A stretch of 64,000 bases of DNA from a virus. Taxonomy: Duplodnaviria; Caudoviricetes. Position numbers and translations under genes: made by a program. This document shows, piece by piece, positions 53,518 to 64,000 of this stretch (the first letter of the stretch is position 1; the number at the start of each line of letters is the position of its first letter). Location: IMG/VR virus record IMGVR_UViG_2974707348_000001, positions 1-64,000 of that record; one strand, 5' to 3'. Under the pieces are notes generated by a model, which saw only the letters and a list, made by a program, of their open reading frames with translations, did not search any database and was not told where the DNA came from.

Positions 53518-54169
53518 ACTAATTAACAAACCAGCATTTCAATATGCCTATATCTCGCTTATCGTACTTGCTCAATTAGTAGTACTCTTCACAGTTCAAA
53601 CACCTATTATTCAATGGGTATCGGGTCTTTCAGGTGCATTATATGTATCGACTCTAACGTTCAGTAAGAAATATACTTTCTTAGTAGCTCTTGTATTTAA
53701 TACGACAATGTTGTTTATTGGGATTCAACATGGCATCTTATCAGAAAGTATTCAACAACCACTATTTATGGCAATGGGTATCATTGGATTCATTCATATG
53801 AACTTCAAAGGACGATACAAATTTATTAACAATACCCTTCAACGAATTAAAAATATTGAAGTTTGGAAAATTCTCTTACTTAGTGTGGTTGTTATGATAG
53901 TATGGACTTTCATTTCTAAGGGTCTCGGTTCTCCTATTTGGTGGAAAGATGGAATCCTTGGTGGTGTAGCTATTTCAGCACAGTTATTCTCTATTGCAGG
54001 AAGCAAATATAGTTGGTTCTACTGGATGACATTAAACGCTCTTACAACTTGGACGTGGTTTACCTTAGCGACACCTAATGTTACTATGGGTGTTCTATAT
54101 CTAATCTTCCTTGTAAACTCAATCTTTGGTTACATTTTCTGGAATGTATCTAATAAAGAAAGCCTTTAA
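53510..54169 (+). CDS. PnuC-like nucleoside/vitamin transporter
   Basis: Multi-TM; SPIWWKDG..SAQL...SWFYW..N resembles the PnuC pattern. Confidence 0.7.
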   Translation: MTKLINKPAFQYAYISLIVLAQLVVLFTVQTPIIQWVSGLSGALYVSTLTFSKKYTFLVALVFNTTMLFIGIQHGILSESIQQPLFMAMGIIGFIHMNFKGRYKFINNTLQRIKNIEVWKILLLSVVVMIVWTFISKGLGSPIWWKDGILGGVAISAQLFSIAGSKYSWFYWMTLNALTTWTWFTLATPNVTMGVLYLIFLVNSIFGYIFWNVSNKESL

Positions 54170-54247
54170 TGGGCTTTTTATTATGTCACTTGACAAACCA
54201 TGAAAAATATGGTATAATATAACTTGCATAGAAATTGGAGGAAATAG

Positions 54248-57200
54248 ATGGATAATTTATTTGTTGTTAAGAAAAGAACAGATGAGAAACAAGAAAGGGT
54301 GACGGAAGAGTGGAACTTTGATAAGGTAATTTCTGCCTGTCAAAAGTCAGCTCAACACATAGACAAACCTCTAAAGAAGGAACAAATCGCTAAGATTAAA
54401 TCCTTAGTAGAACTTGCCATTGCTAAGCGTCAAGATGATATTTTAGCTGATACAGATACTCAACATGAAGATAAACTTCATTACATTAATGTTCGTGAAA
54501 TTCACGATATTGTTTTGTCAGCTCTTAAACAAGTTGATACTGATATTTATGATTCATATCATGAATATCGAAATTATAAAATATCGCAAGATAAGCATTA
54601 TCGTGAACTATACAAGGATTTAGACAGTCTTAAGAATGGAATTTATACTGAGAATGCAAACAAAGATAGCTCTATTAATTCAACCAAGCGTTCTCTTCTT
54701 GCTGAAATGACTCAGAAGAAAATTGTGACTGACTTTATTCTTCAAAAGAACTGGGCTAAGGCTCATGAAGAAGGATGGATTTATATTCATGACTTAGGAG
54801 ATTTGTACTGGCGAACATTCAATTGCGACAACGTTGATTTAGCAAATATCATTAAGACTAAAAAGCAAAAAGATGGAGAGTATGCTTTTACTTTAAATGG
54901 TATTAAATATCCTGAACCTAAATCAATTAGTGCAGCATTCAATTTAGTGGCGGATTTGATTTTACAAATGTCTAGCCAACAATTCGGTTTAACAAAATCA
55001 GTCTAGCGACTACCAAACTGCCGAATCAAAACAGTGTTAACCTATCACAATAGGGGTCTTGATTAACATCAAGGCTAACGAGGAAGGGTTGGAATGGCTT
55101 AATCTCGTGATTATATAGAAAGTGGAATACTTTAATGGAAAATAAAAAACAATTTAATGACTTTAAAGATATAATTATCAAACTCTACGAAAAAGAAGGA
55201 AAATCAATTAAATATATTAGTAATCTCTTGGGCTTTGGAAGAAGCAATTTATCCAAACAAATTCAAGAGTGGGGGTTGATAGAAAGCCAAAATAAACATT
55301 TAAAACCATCTACGGTTAAATTTATCAACAAGCACAGAACGATGATAAAAAGTAGATTAGATAATGATGTAACTATTGCGAACATAGCTAGAGAGTTACA
55401 GGTAAAAGCAAACTATTTGTCTGTTACGATTATTCGAAATGATATGGTTTTGGAAAAAGCTAATGATGATAGACTTAAGCGTTCACATATTAGAAAACAA
55501 GCTAGAATAGAAGAACTAAAAGAGAAATCTTGTCTCACATATGATTTTAAAGATTTAGACAATGAGGAGTGGAGAGAGATTTTAGGATATCCAAACTACT
55601 TTGTATCAAATTTTGGTAGATTTAAAAAATATATGAAAAGTTCAGAAAGTTTTATTCTTATGAAAAAGACATATAATAAAGCGGTAGAGTATAATTATAT
55701 TAGTATGATTAATGATAAAAACAAACGAAAAAATCTTAGAGCTTGTAGAGTTGTTGGATTTGCATTTGTCGATGGATTTTCTAAAGAGAAAAATACAATT
55801 AATCATATTAATGGGGACAAAACAAATGACTCATCTTCTAATTTAGAATGGATTTCACAGCATGACAACAATCCTCATAGTCATAGAGTGTTGAATAGAG
55901 CTGTTAATAAAAACAAAAAGAGATATGAAAAAATAGTTTATAAAGAAAAGTATGAATTTAAGACAGTTATAGGTCTTGCAAAGTTCCTAGGGGTTTCTGA
56001 AGCGCAAGCTCATAGATTATTAAAACAGTCTCCTGACATATATTATACCCTTAAAGATAAAAAATAAATAATTTTCCAGAATATAATTGTAACGACTATA
56101 TATAAATATATTTAGAATCATCATAGGATGATTCGAAACACACTGATAGATAAACACAAATATCTATAAGAAATAGTCTAAGGTAGGGTTGGAACACAAA
56201 CCTCCCTATTCTTGGGTTTTAGTGTCCAGAACTTTGACCATCTTCTAGCACCTTATGCGGAATTAACTTACGATAAATCATTCAAAAGATATATGGAAAA
56301 GGGAATTGCATATAATACAGCACGTGAAATGGCAGAAGAAGATACTCTTTATGCAATAAAACAAGGTGTTCAAGGGTTTGAACTTGAAATAAGTACTGTT
56401 TCTAATGCGTTGGGACAAATTCCATTTACATCAATTGGTTTTGGGTTAGATACATCAAAATGGGGTCGTGAAATTACTCGTGCTTTCTTGCTTGAGCGTT
56501 CTGAACCAGATTGTGTACTTGTCTTTCCTAAATTAATCTTTGCTAGTGCGAAAGAAGTCAACTTAAATCCTGATTCACCTAACTATGATTTATTCCAATT
56601 GGCTATTAAATGCAGTTCAACTAAACTATATCCTGACTATGTTTCAATGGATAATGGTATTCTTGCACCTGCATACAGTCGTCATAAAGATGACTTAAAC
56701 CAAATTTTATCAGTACCAATGGGATGCCGCTCGTATAACAATGTTGAGTTTATTAATCCCTTAGAGGATTCAGAAGACTTCCAAAAAGAAGTTTATAAAG
56801 GACGTGGAAATGTTGGTGTAGTAACAATTAATTTCCCTAAAATTGCCATAGAATCAGGTGGTGATTGGAATAAATTCTATGAATTACTACATAAGTATAC
56901 CAATATGACGATGGATATCTTAGATTGGAGATATAATTATGCTGGAGAAGCTAGAGCAGAAAGCAATCCTCTCATGTGGATGGAAGGTGGAGCATGGAGA
57001 CGACTCAATCACGATGAAAAAATCTCTAAAACAATCTTTAATTTCACTGCCTCTGTTGGCATAATTGGGTTCAATGAAGCTTTGAACTACATGTATTTGA
57101 ATAATGGGTATGAAGTTGATAACTTACCAAACTACAAGAGTGGTGAACAACGTCAACAAGACCAAATAAAATTCATGGAAGTCCTTAATTCAATTAAAGA

Positions 57201-58971
57201 ATTTAGAAATATCCATGACGCTGTTCGTATTGACGAAGATGGTGTTCAAACTCGTGTTTGGGATGAAGAAGGAAACTTTGTTCACCCAGACCCTGACAAG
57301 AAATATCTTGAAGTTTATGAAGGTTTAGACACGACACACAAAACAACTATTATTCCTCGTATGTATTCTATCTATGGAACACCTGCTGAATCTCTTGTGT
57401 ATAAAATGATGAAGCAATTACAAAAACAGTATGGATTCATCAATGGTATTACAGCTCAAGAAGATGGAAAAGGACGTAATTATATTACCAACTCATTCCA
57501 CCAACCAGTGTGGGAAAAATCTAATATTTTTGATAAGATTGATTTTGAAGCACCTTTCCATTTGGATAAAATGGCAAGTGGTGGACATATCAGTCAAAAT
57601 GAATTTGCATATGGTACACCAGTAACAGTTCTTGAACAAACTGTGCGTTATGCAATGGAGAAGGGAATGTACTATGGCATCAATATTGCATCTAGTCATT
57701 GTTTTGATTGTGGATGGAATGGTGAAACAGCAGACACCTGTGCTGAGTGTGGCTCAGAGAATGTAGTAACAATTCAGCGTGTTTGTTTTACAGGAGAAAA
57801 TCTTGTGTTTACCGACAAAGGATACGTAAAAATCAAAGATATCAAAGAGGGTGACAAGGTTTGGACAATGAATAAGAGATTTAAGCCTGTCGTTCAAGTT
57901 GGTAAAAAAGAAGTAGAAAAAACAATTAATCTTAAAATTTCAGGAACAGAAGATGTTGTATCAACTTTAGACCATCCTTTCTTTGCTAAAAAAGATAAAA
58001 ATTCAGAAACAGAATTAATCGAAGCACAAAACCTAACAAAAGACTCTTATATTGCAGTACCAATCAATCAAGAATCTATTGTTCCGAAAGTAGAAGGACT
58101 ACCTGTTGAAGATAAAGATTTCTGGTGGTTGGTTGGTCGTTATTTGGGTGATGGTTGGGTCAAACAACATAGTGAAAACTCTATTAGAAGTTATATTTGT
58201 GTTGGAAAAGATGATTCTAATGGTATTGAAAAAATTCAATATGTAATAGATAAATTTAACCTTGGTTATACAGATAGAAAAGAGGCTCGGACAACATATA
58301 CATGGTCTACATTTGATAAAACATTTAATAATTTTATGAAACAAATGGGACATGGAGCTGAAAATAAACAGATTCCTGTAGAATGGCTCAATCTACCTAT
58401 TGATTTGGCGAGAGAACTTCTTTATGGATATCTTTCTGCTGATGGGTGCGTTCATAATAATAAACAAATTTGTAATTCTGTTTCTCGTAAATTGTTATAT
58501 GGAATTGGACAACTTGTATTAAAAGTTGAAAACAAAGGATATACCATTTACAAAAATAGAGATGCTGGAACTATGGAGATAGAAGGTAGAACAGTAAACA
58601 CTAAAGCTAGATATGACCTAAAATTCTCTTTAGGAAAACCAACTATGAGTTTTGTTCAAAATGGTTATGCCTTCTTTAGAGTTAGAGGTTCTGAAATTGT
58701 AGAAAAAAATGATACAGTTTACTCTTTGACGGTTTTAGATGATGCAAGTTATACAATTCAAAATTTACTTGTTAAGAATTGCGGTTATCTTTCTATTACA
58801 TCACGTAACGGACATAGTGTTGTCAATGCTGGTAAGACAGAGGAATTACTTGAACGTGTTAATCACGTTGGAAATGCTAAAAAAGAATATACTAAAAACT
58901 TTGAGAAAAAACATGACATACAAAGAGATGTTGTATCTAAAGAGTTCTCAATGTTTGAATCGGGGGAATAG
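54248..58971 (+). CDS. nrdD: anaerobic ribonucleoside-triphosphate reductase, spliced join(54248..54988,56215..58971), containing an intein
   Basis: ATP-cone, NANKDS, WIYIHDL, NC, QFG|GFS, PMGCRS, GRGNVGV, YITNSFH, CxxC..CxxC, RV-[intein]-CGYL. Confidence 0.93.
54989..56214 (+). mobile_element. group I intron in nrdD
   Basis: P1 ATTCGGT/GCCGAAT with U.G; core CTAACGAGG, AATCTCGTG, GTAACGACTA, AAATAGTCT; splicing restores QQFGGFSV. Confidence 0.9.
55135..56067 (+). CDS. intron-encoded HNH endonuclease with N-terminal HTH repeats
   Basis: EEWREILGYPNYFVSNFGR; INHINGDKTND..SNLEW. Confidence 0.88.
   Translation: MENKKQFNDFKDIIIKLYEKEGKSIKYISNLLGFGRSNLSKQIQEWGLIESQNKHLKPSTVKFINKHRTMIKSRLDNDVTIANIARELQVKANYLSVTIIRNDMVLEKANDDRLKRSHIRKQARIEELKEKSCLTYDFKDLDNEEWREILGYPNYFVSNFGRFKKYMKSSESFILMKKTYNKAVEYNYISMINDKNKRKNLRACRVVGFAFVDGFSKEKNTINHINGDKTNDSSSNLEWISQHDNNPHSHRVLNRAVNKNKKRYEKIVYKEKYEFKTVIGLAKFLGVSEAQAHRLLKQSPDIYYTLKDKK
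57784..58779 (+). mobile_element. LAGLIDADG intein (332 aa) in nrdD
   Basis: Starts CFTGENLV; block B STLDHPF; LVGRYLGDG and LYGYLSADG; block F VYSLTV; ends LVKN followed by C+1. Confidence 0.92.
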
Positions 58972-59567
58972 TGGCTTATATACATCAAATAAATGCTATG
59001 GACTTTGAGAACAGCTTCCAAGAAGGAGGATTTAGACACGATATGCAATCTAAACTTCCTGTTGGGGCTGTTGTTTCAGTCTTTGTGAACTACTGCTCAT
59101 TCCATTGTTTAGGATGTTGGAATAGTGATACGTGGGAGAGAAAAGATGATTTATTTGTAGAAGATGAGAAAGTTGCAGAACAAATCATCGAAGGATTAGA
59201 CCAGTTTGACTTAAATCCGCCTATTGGGTTGAGTTTCTTAGGTGGAGACCCTATCTTACCACAGAATGCAGAATCAACAGCTAATATAATTAGACTTGTA
59301 TTAGAGAAGAAACCTAACATTGTTATTGGTTTATGGACTGGATACAAATTTGAATACTTATTAAAACATGCTGATGAGAACCAAAAATACATCTTAGAAC
59401 ATATTGATGTTATCATTGATGGCAGATTTATTGAAAAGAAAAAGATAGCAAACAAAAGATATGGTTCATATAATCAACGAGTTATTAATGTTCCTAAATC
59501 ACTTAAAAAATGTAAGACAATATTTACAGAATCTTATCAACTAGATATGAAAGATTTCCCAATATAA
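58971..59567 (+). CDS. nrdG: anaerobic RNR activase (radical SAM)
   Basis: CSFHCLGCWN, SFLGGDP, WTGY, IDVIIDGRF, GSYNQRVI. Confidence 0.93.
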   Translation: MAYIHQINAMDFENSFQEGGFRHDMQSKLPVGAVVSVFVNYCSFHCLGCWNSDTWERKDDLFVEDEKVAEQIIEGLDQFDLNPPIGLSFLGGDPILPQNAESTANIIRLVLEKKPNIVIGLWTGYKFEYLLKHADENQKYILEHIDVIIDGRFIEKKKIANKRYGSYNQRVINVPKSLKKCKTIFTESYQLDMKDFPI

Positions 59568-59646
59568 ATTTAAAAGCTATCTCTTGACCGAGATGGCTTT
59601 TAATGGTATAATAATAATAGTAATATGAAATGAAAAGAGATAGGAA

Positions 59647-60183
59647 ATGCCTAAAAAATTAACAACAGAAGAAATTGATAAAAGAATTAAAGAATTAACT
59701 AATGGGGAATATTTATTATTGGGAGATTATGTTAATTCTTACACTAAAATACAAATCAAACACAGTCTATGTAGAAATACATATGAAGTGAAATGGAGTC
59801 ATTTTCAACAAGGTAGAAGGTGTCCAAAATGTAATGAATCTAAGGGTGAGAAAACAATCTCAGACATTTTAAACTCTCTTAACATTAAATACACTACTCA
59901 AAAAAGATTCCCAGAATGTAAGTATAAACATACTCTACCATTTGACTTTTATGTTTATAATAAAAAATCTAAACTACTTATTGAATTTGATGGTATCCAA
60001 CACTTTAAATCAATTGATGCATGGGGTGGAGATAATGGTCTTAAAGATACTCAATTCAGAGACCAAATCAAAAATGATTTCGCTCTCTCAAAAAATATTC
60101 CTCTGTTAAGAATGCCCTATACAGAACAAGATAATATCAAACAAATCCTAACAAACAAACTCAAAGAGTTAGATTTTATTTAA
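59647..60183 (+). CDS. putative homing endonuclease (Zn-ribbon plus Vsr/PD-(D/E)XK-like domain)
   Basis: RCPKCNESKGE, LPFDFY, LIEFDGIQH, RDQIKN..IPLLR. Confidence 0.75.
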   Translation: MPKKLTTEEIDKRIKELTNGEYLLLGDYVNSYTKIQIKHSLCRNTYEVKWSHFQQGRRCPKCNESKGEKTISDILNSLNIKYTTQKRFPECKYKHTLPFDFYVYNKKSKLLIEFDGIQHFKSIDAWGGDNGLKDTQFRDQIKNDFALSKNIPLLRMPYTEQDNIKQILTNKLKELDFI

Positions 60184-60240
60184 CTACGACTTGACTATTT
60201 TAAATAAATATGCTATAATATTATATAGAAGGAGATTAAT

Positions 60241-60708
60241 ATGAATTTATTAGAACATTATATTGAAGAAGTCGTTCTTGAAAAGCCTTTCAAGGCAGAC
60301 TGGACAAAACAACATAAAGATAAATTTGTCGAAGTCGAAATGATTGTAAATGTTCATGGTGGGCTATCTAGCGCACATAAAATTTTTACAGTTGACAAAT
60401 GGAAGGAAGTCAAAGAAAAGGGCTTTTATATTGCGTAATTATAAAGGAGGTGTATAATGACACTAGGTTCGGTAGATTTCAAAATAAAAGATTTAGTCAA
60501 GTCAGAATCAGATAACTTTGCCTTAGTACAGCATGACAATCTATATCAAGTATTTGAGAAAGACAGTAACAACCCATTTATCGTTTACGATGATGAAACA
60601 AAACAATTAAATTACCTAAACAAAAATGTTTATTCTGCTGATAATCAACATAAAGCTCGTGCTATATACGAGAAATTACAGATTATCAAAAACAACAGAA
60701 CGTTTTAG
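60241..60708 (+). CDS. two small hypothetical ORFs (60241-60438, 60457-60708)
   Basis: RBSs after a promoter. Confidence 0.65.
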
Positions 60709-60771
60709 TTGACAAAATAAGACTATTATGATATAATAGTCTTATTGCTTTATATAGAAGGAGATATAAAA

Positions 60772-61011
60772 ATGGTTAAAGTATACAGTAAATACAATTG
60801 CAAAAATTGTAAGCAAGTCAAACGCTTACTCAAATTCTCAGAGATTGATTATGTTGAGATTAATGTTGAAGACAATGAAGAAGCATTCAAATACGTTAAA
60901 GAAGAACTAGGGTTCTCTAATCTTCCAGTTATCGTAGCTCAGGATGTAGAACCATTTGAGTTCAACTCTATCAAAGTGAATGAATTTGTTAAGAGTCATG
61001 CACATGGATAA
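60772..61011 (+). CDS. nrdH: NrdH-like glutaredoxin
   Basis: VYSKYNCKNC..GFSNLPVI. Confidence 0.88.
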   Translation: MVKVYSKYNCKNCKQVKRLLKFSEIDYVEINVEDNEEAFKYVKEELGFSNLPVIVAQDVEPFEFNSIKVNEFVKSHAHG

Positions 61012-61375
61012 TATTTTAATTGCTTATAAATCATTAGGTGGAAACTGTGATAGAGTAATTAAAAAACTTGGTATCGGAGGATTCAAGATTGATGGAGATA
61101 ATATCTATGACTTTAATGAAAATAGTAAATTTTATCTCTTGATTCCCACTTATGAGGAAGAGTGGATTGGAGATGCGTGGGATTTTATGGACGATTATCA
61201 TGAGAACTGCCTAGGTATCATAGGGTCAGGAAACTTTAACTTTGGAGATGACATGTTCATATTTACAGCGAATGACATGAGTAAGAAATATGATATTCCT
61301 GTAATCTATTCCATTGAGAATTTTGGAAATAAGAAAGACATCAATAACATTAAAGAGTTATTGCAAATAAATTAA
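61004..61375 (+). CDS. nrdI: NrdI flavodoxin
   Basis: YKSLGGN, LIPTY, GIIGSGNFNFG..F, ENFG. Confidence 0.88.
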   Translation: MDNILIAYKSLGGNCDRVIKKLGIGGFKIDGDNIYDFNENSKFYLLIPTYEEEWIGDAWDFMDDYHENCLGIIGSGNFNFGDDMFIFTANDMSKKYDIPVIYSIENFGNKKDINNIKELLQIN

Positions 61376-61388
61376 TAGGAGGTTTCAC

Positions 61389-64000
61389 TTGACAGTCACA
61401 AAGATTGAAACAAAAAAATCAGCAACACCAGAGTATTTTATGCTCAACAACCAACTAAATATCATTAAAGATGGTAAAATTCAGTTGAACGCAGACAGAG
61501 AAGCTGTCCATAGCTATTTCATTGATTACGTAAACCCACATACAGTCTATTTTGGAGACTTGCGTGAGAAGCTCGACTATTTAGTGAAACACAAGTATAT
61601 CAAAGGCGAAGTACTTGATAAATATACTTTCAAATTTATTAAAAAATTATTTAAAACTCTATATGACAAGAAGTTTAGATTCACAACTTTCATGGGTGCG
61701 TATAAGTTTTATACACAATATGCTATGCACACAACAGATGGAAAATCAATTCTTGAACGATATGAAGACCGTATTGCTTTTAATGCCTTAGTTATGGCTG
61801 ATGGCGATGAGCAATTGGCTCTCAACATTGCAAATGAAATGATTTCACAAACCTATCAACCTGCAACACCAACATTTTCTAATGCTGGTAAATTGCGTGG
61901 GGGTAATGCTGTATCATGTTTTCTCTTGAATATTGAAGATAATATGACTTCTATCGGACGCTCAGTAAACTCAGTTCTTCAATTGTCTAAAATGGGTGGT
62001 GGAGTTGGAATCAACTTAACTGATATCCGTCCATCAGGAGACCCTATCAAGGGTATTGAGAATATGGCTGATGGAGTTGTTCCAATCATGAAACTTTATG
62101 AAGATTCATTTTCATATGCCAATCAACTGGGGACAAGAAGCGGTGCAGGAGTGACTTATCTCAATGTATTCCATAAAGATATTGTTAAATTCCTATCTAC
62201 TAAAAAAGAAAATGCTGACGAAAAAGTTCGTGTTAAAACACTTTCGTTGGGTGTTGTCGTTCCTGATAAATTCTATGAACTCATTGCTAAAGGTGAATCA
62301 ATGTATTTGTTCAGCCCTTATGATATCTATAATGAATACGGAAAACTAATGTCTGAAATCAACATCACAGAAATGTATGATGAGTTAGTTGAAAACAAAA
62401 ATATCAAGAAAGATAAAATCTTTGCTCGTGACCTTGAAGAAGAAATGTCTAAACTTATTCAAGAGTCAGGATATCCATACATCATTAATATTGATACAGC
62501 AAACCAAGAAAATGCTATTGATGGTGTAATTAAAATGAGTAATTTGTGTTGATAGTAGCACCTTTATAGAGAAATCTATATCGAAAATCCTGTGAAACGG
62601 AGAAACTCTAATTTTTAAATTAGACAATTCCGTGCTAAATAAAATATAGTTAAAAATAAAGGAAATAATAATAACTATATTTTTAAATGCCTAACGACTA
62701 GAGAAATCAGATGAGATAAGTAATTATCTCTGAATAAGAAATTATCGTAAGCCTTAAACAAGGTTGAAGCGCAGGAAACCTAAGAATCCAAAACTGGATT
62801 TATGGTTATGAAATAGTCTGTTCTATATAGTGATATATAGATGTTTATATCATAATGTACTGGATATAAACTGCTAAAGAGTAGTGACCTTTAGTGAACA
62901 AAAAGTCAGAAATCCTTCAAGTACAATCTCCATCAGAGTTGAACCCAGACCAAACTTATAAGACTATTGGTACTGACGTATCATGTAATCTTGGTTCAAC
63001 TAATATTGCACATCTTATGGAATCACCAGACTTTGGAAAATCTGTTAGAACAGCATTTCGTGCATTAACCTATGTTGCAGATAGCTCTAATATTGAAGAA
63101 GTTCCTACTGTCAAGAATGCCAACGACAAGTATCACTCAGTAGGGTTGAAAATCGCCTAGCTCTACTATAAAATTTTGCTATATGCTGGAAACTCTTAAA
63201 GATATTGATACTTGAATCTTACCAATTCGCAAAAGTAAAAATTCAATATATAAATAGACAATCAGCAGGGAAGTCGTGGTTGACCCCTCAGAGACTACAC
63301 GCAGAACAACTTAACCAAAAAAAACATTTAACTATAATAGAAAGGAGAATATATGGAAGAATTATGGTCTAATATTGATGGTTTTAACGACAAATATCTT
63401 ATAAGTTCTTTAGGTAGAATGAAAATTCAAGCCAATACATCTAAAAGAATGATTAATGGTGTTGTATTCGATTATCATCAAAAAGAAATGATAAAATCTC
63501 TAAAAATAAACGAAGATAAAAATGAATATGTAAAAGTTCGTCTAATTCAGAAACTTAATAATAAATCAAAAACAGTTTCTGTACATAGATTAGTTGCAAA
63601 AGCATTTATTCCTAATCCTCATAATCTACCAGAAGTAAATCATATAAATGGTAAGAAAAGTGACAATAGAGTTGAGAATCTTGAATGGTGCGATAAAAGC
63701 TATAACATGAAACATGCAATAGAATATCTTGGTTTCAAAGCTGACACCTCCAATTTACAAGACAAAAGACCTGTTTATCAAATAGATAAAGACACTGATG
63801 AGATAATTAAATCTTTTGATAGTATCACTCAAGCCACCAGAGAAACAGGGGTTTTGCACATATCTGGTGTTTGTTTGGGTAACAGACGTACAGCTGGTGG
63901 ATTTAAATGGAAATATAAAGAATAACAACTAATGGTTAAGTTGAAGATATAGTCCAAACCCTAGACAAATATCTCGAAAGAGAGGGTATTTTCATTGTAG
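61389..64000 (+). CDS. nrdE: class Ib RNR alpha subunit, partial; exons 61389..62549, 62906..63146, 63998..>64000
   Basis: [26 protein letters not shown]; splicing restores SNLCSEI; SCNLGS; exon 2 ends HSVG. Confidence 0.93.
62550..62905 (+). mobile_element. ORF-less group I intron 1 in nrdE
   Basis: P1 GTGT/GCAC; core AACGGAG, AATTCCGTG, CTAACGACTAG, AAATAGTCT; ends in G before TCAGAAATC. Confidence 0.9.
63147..63997 (+). mobile_element. group I intron 2 in nrdE
   Basis: P1 GTAGGGT/GCTCTAC; P10 guide CGCCTA predicts exon 3 starts TAGGCG and the window ends with TAG; core TGCTGGAAA, AATCAGCAG, TCAGAGACTAC, AAGATATAGTCC. Confidence 0.88.
63353..63925 (+). CDS. intron-encoded NUMOD4-HNH-NUMOD1 endonuclease
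   Basis: [30 protein letters not shown]; TAGGFKWKY. Confidence 0.92.
   Translation: MEELWSNIDGFNDKYLISSLGRMKIQANTSKRMINGVVFDYHQKEMIKSLKINEDKNEYVKVRLIQKLNNKSKTVSVHRLVAKAFIPNPHNLPEVNHINGKKSDNRVENLEWCDKSYNMKHAIEYLGFKADTSNLQDKRPVYQIDKDTDEIIKSFDSITQATRETGVLHISGVCLGNRRTAGGFKWKYKE

Noticed and set aside
522-59455. Most short minus-strand and alternate-frame ORFs nested in larger genes
   Set aside because: Shadow ORFs without RBSs or recognisable motifs

Overview
About 64 kb from a large, AT-rich dsDNA phage of a lactic acid bacterium. Gene content points to a Lactococcus 949-like siphovirus (inference). Almost all genes are on the + strand behind near-consensus sigma70 promoters. In order, the window contains: a tyrosine recombinase, a RecD2-like helicase, a secreted LysM/transglycosylase and tdk; a ~5 kb mostly non-coding block (11.9-16.7 kb) with an abrupt G/C-skew inversion, two DnaA-box clusters and an iteron-like array; an endolysin; an SPbeta-like replication cluster (SSB, AAA ATPase, DnaB, primase, RecJ); a prophage-type DNA methyltransferase cassette; an RNA-gene island (38.4-47.4 kb) with tmRNA, seven tRNAs and many structured ncRNAs; a two-subunit type II topoisomerase; and nrdDG plus nrdHIE. 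Five group I introns (LysM gene, topoisomerase B subunit, nrdD, nrdE x2) and one LAGLIDADG intein can be mapped. Best candidates for undescribed biology: (1) a coiled-coil gene followed by a ~380-nt closed RNA with in-register 7-nt repeats; (2) a family of mini-tRNAs lacking a D-stem and anticodon arm; (3) a three-way-junction RNA motif (GGU..UAAAUG..CAGCC) found at least six times in the tRNA island; (4) the DnaA-box/iteron/skew block. All folds were done by eye and no databases were searched.
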